From: the human T2T-CHM13v2.0 reference genome, Homo sapiens
Length of the DNA: 64,000 nt
Assembly: GCA_009914755.4 (NCBI GenBank)
Contig: CP086569.2
Location: 23,680,001 to 23,744,000 of the forward strand
Reading direction: 5' to 3'
A program made the position numbers and the translations under genes. This document shows positions 60,895 to 64,000 of this stretch, piece after piece; within the stretch, counting starts at the first letter, position 1, and every line of letters starts with the position of its first letter. Under the pieces are notes generated by a model. That model was not told the origin of the DNA. It was given only the letters and a program-made list of their open reading frames with translations, and made no database searches.

Positions 60895-63800
60895 ATTATG
60901 TCAATGAGATTGTGTCATATCACTGGACCTAGTAACCAGGTGTTAAAACTTTTGCTTAAATTGTTTCCCGTGTGTGCATTGTGAGACTCTTCTGCCAGGG
61001 CACTGCCTAAAGGAGATATTGTCACATATCTATGAGCCTATCCACTAGGTGATTTGTCAATTTTACCTGTGCTTTGCTCCCAAAGAACATTATGACATCT
61101 TTTAATGTATCATTTAGGAAATGTGACTTCTCTCTCCTGCCTAGGTCCTGTGCTCTAAAGAAATAGGTACATAGTGCTGAATGCAAAATTTAAATAATGC
61201 AACTCTGCTCTTTATTCTGGAGTCTGCCAACAGAGGACATTTTTAAATATTGTTGAGTCTAACACCTTGAAGCTGCACCCAGATGATATGACTCTTCTGA
61301 CTTGGCACTACCTGCAGAAGAGATTATAATGTATTCTCAGCTCAGAATCCTGGTGATGAGAGTCTCCTACCTTGGTTCTGCCCACAGGAGAAATAGTGAC
61401 ATATACCTGGGTTCAGCTCACATGCACAAATACAGCTGTTATATCTAGACCCAGAAAGAAGAGATATTTTGACATTCTTAACCAGTCTTATGGCCATAAG
61501 TAAAGCAATGGGTCTACTAATTGTATAAAGTTCACAGAGGACTATGACACTCAGGCATATGATATACAGCCTGAATGGTACAAAGGATGTCCTAACAGGG
61601 ACAGTAACCCAGTGCTATTGTGACTCATGTACATACGATCAGCTGATCCTACTGTCATTCTCTCACAAGAATAGCCCCTACAAATAAGGTACTAAATCTC
61701 ACACAAAACAGCTGTCCCTGGTTGAAACTGTTCCTCTCATACATGTGTCTGGTCCACGGGTCTTTTGGTGATGCATGATTCAGCACACCTGTGAAGCTGT
61801 GACTCCCCTCCTGGAACACAATCTTAAAGTGGAATTGGGCATCTTATGCATGGATCATGCTCACTGTTGAGACTGTGACTCCTCTACTTTGGCCCAAGTC
61901 ATAGGGGGTGTTGACTCACATACACAAAGCTGGGATTTGTGTGGGACTGTGAAACTTATATCTGAATATATCCTAGTGTGTGATTAGGACATAAAAGTTA
62001 GCCCAGCTTCTGAATAACTTGACTCTCATTTTTAGGCCATAACCACAGATAAAATTGTGACATGCCTGGACCATGCCCCTAAGCATAGGTGCCTGGGCCT
62101 GCCTACAAATTACACTTTTACATATCACTGGGACCAGCACCAAGGTGATTTGAATTATCTGCCTGAGTGCTGCCCAAGAAGAGCACTGTGGCTGATATCT
62201 AGGTCCATCAGGTAAGTGATGTGACTCCCTTCTCCTGCCTTGGCCCTGCACTTATGGAGCATTGCAACACACAACTGGGTTCTGCACCCAAGTGATGTGA
62301 CTCTCCCTTTTGGGTTCTGCCAATGAGAAGCTTTGTAACATATCACTTTGCTCATCACCTAGGTCATGTTTCTCCTCTCTTCTCTCGACCTGATCACAGG
62401 GGAGATTGTGACATATTGATAAACTCAGCACCAAGGTGTAGTCACTTTCTTACCTTGGTTTTGCACACAGCAGCCATTGTGACATATACCTATGCCAACT
62501 GCCTTGGTTAAGTGAGCCTCCTCTCTTTCTTAAGCCCTTCCCACAGGTGGGATTTTGATATATCACCAAAAACAGTATCCAGTTGATGTGATTCTTCTTT
62601 CAGAGTCCTGCCCACAAGATGGATTGTGACATCTCACAGGACCAGCACCCACCCAGGTGATGTGACCTTCCCACTTGCTCTCCACTCACAGCCGATGTTG
62701 TGACATATACCTGAGATGAGATAAGAGGACTGACTAATCATGACTCTTAAATATGGAGCCAGGTCATATGCTATATGGTGACTCCCATTCCTGAAGCATT
62801 TCACTAATGTTATTGCGACATACACAATTGTCCAGCTCCTGAGTGATTTAATAATCCTGCCAAGGTGTAGTCCACAAGTGAGATTCACCTATATATTTCA
62901 GCTGCTCACCTTGGTGATTTGACTCTCCTGTCTTAACAATATCCCCAGGAAGAATTGTAACATGTCTCTGAATCCATCTTCTAGGTTACCTGTCTCCCTG
63001 CCTTGCCTCCTCTGCCTGGACTCTGCTTCCACAGGGATTGTAGCATTTTTTTCTTTTCTTTTCTTTTCTTTCTTTTTTTGTTACCTAGGCTGGAGTGCAG
63101 TGGTGTGATCTTAGCTCATTGCAACCTCTGCCTTGGGGATTGTAGCATTTCTAAGCACTGCATGCAAATGACATGACTCTCCTGACTGGTTCCTTCAACA
63201 GAAGGCATTGTTGCACATCTCTCGGCCAATAATTTAAGTTATATGACTCTCCTCTTCTGCCTAGACACTGCTTAAAAGGGGCATTGTGTCATACATCTGG
63301 TTGACACCCCCAAGTTATGCAACTTTTCGTCCAGGAACTTTTCTACAAGTAGAATATTTGAAAAATTCTTGTTCAATAGTTAGGTGACTTGGCAGTCACA
63401 CCTGCTTCATTACCACAGAGTAAATTGTGATATATAACTAGGCACAACTCACAGGCATAATAATGACTCTCATACCCCACAAATAGGAGTAATTTTGACT
63501 CTCACTACTTGCTTTAGAAACATGAGTGATTGAATCTCTCTGCTTTAAAAAAAGGCCACAGAAGATTATAATAGCCTCAGAAATTTTATAAAGCCCTTGG
63601 CTTGTACAGAGAGTGCAATAACAGAATACAACAGAGAGTGTGATAACAGAATACAGAGAGTGCATGGTGAGTCTCATACACACACTCAGCTGGCAGTAAA
63701 GACTGTCACCATCTCATATATATGAAGCCACATGTCACTCCTGAAAACAGGATATGTGTGGGATTGTAAATCTCATCCTGGGAATTTTCTGTAAGTGTGA

Positions 63801-64000
63801 GATAAATATTTGCCGAGTACCTTGTGATTGGACTCTCCAAACTTTTTTCATCCCACATATGTAATTGTGATATGTACCTTGAATAACCTCCAGGTGATGT
63901 GACTGTCCTGCCTGAGCCTTGCTGTCAGTAAGAATCATGACATACCACTAGATCCAGCACCCTGGTCATGTTACATTTTTGCCTGAGCCCTGCCTACAGA
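60895..64000 (+). repeat. Same ~71-bp satellite family in the opposite orientation (attgtgacatat...caccaaggtgatgtgactctcct...ctgcc.acag), continuing past the window end
   Basis: attgtgacatat-type cores at 61016, 61090, 62044, 62115, 62331, 62403, 62474, 62546, 62616 and 62696, with spacing of 70-80 bp. The units are reverse complements of the 32.3-60.9 kb units: ccagcacccaggtgatgtgac against gtcacatcacctgggtgctgg. Confidence 0.85.
63049..63135 (-). mobile_element. Very short Alu 3'-terminal fragment (~55 bp) with a (TTTTC)n/T tail, flanked by a 15-bp TSD GGGATTGTAGCATTT (63034-63048 and 63136-63150)
   Basis: The insert is ttttcttttcttttcttttctttctttttttgttacctaggctggagtgcagtggtgtgatcttagctcattgcaacctctgcctt, which is the antisense of the last ~55 nt of an Alu plus its tail. 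Identical 15-mers flank the insert. Confidence 0.7.

Overview
This window is primate (human-type) genomic DNA, not prokaryotic, and almost all of it is repeats. I cannot support any intact protein-coding gene or any prokaryote-style system. The "new" content is a complex satellite locus and the insertions that date it.

Left half (1-32.3 kb):
- At least nine Alu SINEs.
- Four LINE-1 copies. One is full-length (6 kb) with an intact-looking 5'UTR but broken ORF1 and ORF2. Two carry 5' inversions of the kind made by twin priming.
- An older L1 5' portion runs directly into a degenerate C2H2 zinc-finger array on the minus strand. This is a KRAB-ZNF-type pseudogene fragment.
- Every long ORF in the six-frame track here is an L1 ORF1/ORF2 remnant or Alu read-through.

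Right half (32.3-64.0 kb):
- A satellite with a ~71-bp basic period, organised into ~4.8-kb higher-order repeats (five copies of very unequal length).
- Three dated insertions interrupt the array: a truncated Alu, a solo HERV-K(HML-2) LTR5 with a 6-bp TSD, and a full-length older L1 with a 15-bp TSD.
- At ~60.89 kb the same satellite family continues to the window end in the opposite orientation. A short patch in that orientation also lies at 0.4-0.77 kb.
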